This document shows, piece after piece, positions 31,141-34,000 of a stretch of DNA of 34,000 bases. The notes beneath the pieces were generated by a model. That model was not told the DNA's origin and searched no databases. It worked only from the letters and a program-made list of their open reading frames with translations. How positions within the stretch are numbered: position 1 is the first letter of the stretch; every line of letters starts with the position of its first letter. The position numbers and the translations under genes are program-made. Origin of the DNA: Octopus bimaculoides (Eukaryota); NCBI RefSeq assembly GCF_001194135.2, contig NC_068997.1:19116035-19150034 (forward strand), read 5' to 3'.

Positions 31141-31550
31141 TGTGTGTGTTTCCAGTAAAAAAGCTAACAACATCACACATCAACAAATGACTGCTAAACA
31201 ACTAAACCATTAATAATAGAATTGTACTAAATGACATTTATGTTCGGATGAAAACAATCAATAAGTTGATCTATCTTTTTTCCATGGTTGCAGCAGTATT
31301 GCATTGCAAATGTTATTAGATATAACTGACGGAACCTAAATAATGGATTCAACTTGTGTCCACAAAAATCTTTGTTTTGGCCAGTTTCCAAATCTTATTA
31401 CAGAATTTGACTTTTACTATCTTGATTGACAATTTCAAAATTAACAATATACGTCTTGGTTGTGGGAAGATGTTACATCTAAATTACGCAAACACAATAA
31501 AACACATATATATATATTAAAATCCATATATTAATATCTGTTTAGCTTGG

Positions 31551-31764
31551 TGCAGGCGTAAGCTGTGTAGTTACGAAGCTTGCTTCCCAACCACATGGTT
31601 TCAAGTTCAATTCCAGTATATATATATATATATATATATCACCTTGGGAAAGTGCCTTCTAATATAGCCCTAAGTCAACTAAAGCTCTGAGTGGATTTGG
31701 TAGGCAGAAGCTGGACAGAACCTGTTGTGTATGAGGTGTGTGTATACATGTGTGTGTGTGTGTG

Positions 31765-31765
<1 letters not shown>
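31551..31765 (+). mobile_element. SINE family A, 5' half with (TA)n expansion just after the B box
   Basis: GGTGCAGGCGTAAGCTGTGTAG...AAGTTCAATTCCAG(TA)nTCACCTTGGG. Confidence 0.8.
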
Positions 31766-31800
<35 letters not shown>

Positions 31801-31804
<4 letters not shown>

Positions 31805-32038
31805 TCATCATCATCATTTAACGTCCGTTTTCCATGCTAGCATGGGTTGGACGGCTTGACCGGGGTCTGGGTAGCCAAGAGGCTGCACCAGGCTCCAGTC
31901 TGATCTGGCAGTGTTTCTACAGCTGGATGCCCTTCCTAATGCCAACCACTTCGTGAGTGTAGTGGGTGCTTTTAACGTGCCACCGGCACAGGGGTCAGAG
32001 GGGGCTGGCAACAGCCACGATTGGTTGGTGCTTTTTAG
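31801..32038 (-). mobile_element. SINE-like family C, variant subfamily
   Basis: TCATCATTTAACGTCCGTTTTCCATGCTAGCATGGGTTGGACGG...GGATGCCCTTCCTAATGCCAACCAC. Confidence 0.9.
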
Positions 32039-32114
32039 GGATGAAGGTGTAGGAAGAAAGTTAGCTTCAAGCAATTCATAATAAATATAAAAAGACAACT
32101 TTCTGTGTGTGTGT

Positions 32115-32147
<33 letters not shown>

Positions 32148-32150
<3 letters not shown>

Positions 32151-32310
32151 CAAGCTTCTATCAGTTTCTGTCTGCTAAATCCACTTACATGGCTTTGGGC
32201 AGCCCAAAGCTATTGTAGTAAACTTGCCCAAAGTGCCATGCAGTTGGATTGAACCCAGAACCATGTGATTGAGAAGTAAGTTTCTTAACACACAGCCATA
32301 CCTGCACCTG
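32148..32310 (-). mobile_element. SINE family A, 5' half
   Basis: TCAGTTTCTGTCTGCTAAATCCACT...GAACCCAGAACCATGTG...CACACAGCCATACCTGCACC. Confidence 0.85.
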
Positions 32311-32723
32311 TATAATCTCATAATTTTTTTTTCCCTAATCATCATATCTACAGCTACATTATCCCATGTGTTCATGATTTAAAAAAAAAAATGACTTTGT
32401 AAGATTATATTGTTCCAAGTGTCCATTTTATTGTGTGACTTTTGGGTGTGTAGGTGGGCTTGTGGGGGATATTTGGCTGCTTTTTATTGCAGAATACATA
32501 TGATCTTGTCAAAACTCCTTTGATGTTACAGAGAGTTCCTCATTTTGGCACATGCTGTAGTGTCTCTTTAACAATAAGTGCATAAGATTAATTACATAGC
32601 ATATCGTAGTCTAGAGCTTATAAATTAAACTTGCAGTTACTCTTAGATCATTTAAAATCTGCTGAGGATGATTTTATAAGTTTCAATGTCATTTTTACAA
32701 TCCTGACATTTCCAGTCTTCCAT

Positions 32724-32820
32724 CAAGGCTATAGTAGAAGACAGTTGCCCAAGGTGCCATGCAGTGGCACTGAACCTGGAACCATGTGGTTGCGAAGCAA
32801 GCTTCTTACCACACAGCCGT
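32724..32820 (-). mobile_element. SINE family A, head fragment
   Basis: GGCTATAGTAGAAGACAGTTGCCCAAGGTGCCATGCAGTGG...CTTCTTACCACACAGCC. Confidence 0.9.
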
Positions 32821-32842
32821 GTATGTGTGTGTGTGTGTGTGT

Positions 32843-33150
32843 NNNNNNNNNNNNNNNNNNNNNNNNNNNNNNNNNNNNNNNNNNNNNNNNNNNNNNNNNN
32901 NNNNNNNNNNNNNNNNNNNNNNNNNNNNNNNNNNNNNNNNNNNNNNNNNNNNNNNNNNNNNNNNNNNNNNNNNNNNNNNNNNNNNNNNNNNNNNNNNNNN
33001 NNNNNNNNNNNNNNNNNNNNNNNNNNNNNNNNNNNNNNNNNNNNNNNNNNNNNNNNNNNNNNNNNNNNNNNNNNNNNNNNNNNNNNNNNNNNNNNNNNNN
33101 NNNNNNNNNNNNNNNNNNNNNNNNNNNNNNNNNNNNNNNNNNNNNNNNNN
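32843..33150. other. Assembly gap
   Basis: N run between (GT)n and (TA)n. Confidence 1.
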
Positions 33151-33151
33151 N

Positions 33152-33184
<33 letters not shown>

Positions 33185-33362
33185 TATACATATATATGAA
33201 TGTATGTATATATAAGACATCTAAGACATCTGTCCAACCCATGGCAGCATGGAAAATGGACGATATGATGATGATGACGATGACGACGACAACGACATAT
33301 TTGTTATATTAAGAATTTTGTGCCACTGTTATTAATGGTAAGCTTCCAACAAACTATAATCT

Positions 33363-33662
33363 GCTTAGTGGTTAGATCACAATCACAAGGTTGTGAGTTC
33401 AATTCCCAGTTGTGCATTGAGTCCTTGAGCAAGACGCTTTATTTCACATTGCTCCAGTCCACTCAGCTGCCAAAAATGAGTAATACCTGTATTTCAAAGG
33501 GCCAGCCTTGTCACACTCTGTGTCATGCTGAATCTCCCCAAGAACTACGTTAAGGGTATGTGTGTCTGTGGAGTGCTCAGCCATTTATATGTTAATTTCA
33601 CGAGCAGGTAATTCTGTTGATCAGATCAACTTGAACCGTTGTCGTTATAAACAACGGAGTGC
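33363..33662 (+). mobile_element. SINE with CORE-like domain (as family G) and family B 3' body
   Basis: GTCCTTGAGCAAGACGCTTTATTTCAC...CCACTCAGCTG...AATGAGT, then TACCTGTATTTCAAAGGGCCAGCCTTGTCACACTC...GGAGTGCTCAGCCA. Confidence 0.88.
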
Positions 33663-33669
33663 TTGTTAT

Positions 33670-33860
33670 CCACTACCAACTCAACTACCGCCCATACCAC
33701 AGCAACCACCACCACCAACACAACCATCACCCAAACCACCACCACCACTACCAAAACAACCTTCACTGTCTACTACCAATACAGCTAACACCCATACCAC
33801 AATAACCACCAACACCACCACCATTTATCACCACCACCATTTATCACCACCACCACTGTA
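33670..33860. repeat. (ACC)-rich low-complexity tract
   Basis: Direct reading; source of the P/T/H-rich ORF 33562-33954. Confidence 0.85.
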
Positions 33861-33879
33861 CATTGTCTCTATGGGATTA

Positions 33880-34000
33880 CTTAATCTGCTAGAAAGAGCA
33901 GGCAAATTTTCCTTAAATTCTGCTTTATACTCCTTAAAAACAAATAGACTTTGAAAAAGTCAGTGGGGTTGTGGTCACAGTTAGAACCTCGTTGATCATA
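33880..34000 (+). mobile_element. SINE-like family F, truncated by window end
   Basis: ATCTGCTAGAAAGAGCAGGCAAAT...GTGGTCACAGTTAGAACC...TTGATCATA. Confidence 0.6.

Noticed and set aside
29190-31480. L1-like peptide hints at 29190-29380 and 31150-31480 as parts of one large element
   Set aside because: Similarities are weak and their order is not colinear with a single ORF2.

Overview
AT-rich, repeat-saturated eukaryotic DNA from a gapped short-read scaffold (five N-gaps). The SINE/MITE families and the (TA)n/(CA)n load point to an octopod cephalopod (Octopus-like; inference). No complete protein-coding gene can be supported, and almost every ORF in the track is a by-product of SINEs, microsatellites or gaps. 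The window is a mosaic of at least six SINE-like families (labelled A, B, C, E, F, G here), piggyBac- and hAT-type MITEs, an internally deleted DD37D (maT) Tc1/mariner transposon, and decayed CR1-like, R4/Dong-like, L1/Tx1-like and RTE-like LINE pieces. Main findings: (1) a 39-nt Penelope-type minimal hammerhead ribozyme motif with an intact catalytic core (minus strand, 14951-14989); (2) a 188-bp spacer-less palindrome (13249-13436); (3) a pre-miRNA-sized 21-bp hairpin (22562-22615); (4) a ~413-bp foldback element with ~170-bp arms (26989-27401); (5) a 778-bp L1-like remnant bracketed by 58-bp direct repeats; (6) a roughly three-fold drop in CpG density beyond ~17.3 kb, suggesting the right half is the methylated body of a gene whose 5' end may lie near 16.5 kb, with a candidate start-codon exon at 20167-20297. 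All family assignments come from motif recognition by eye; no database search was run.
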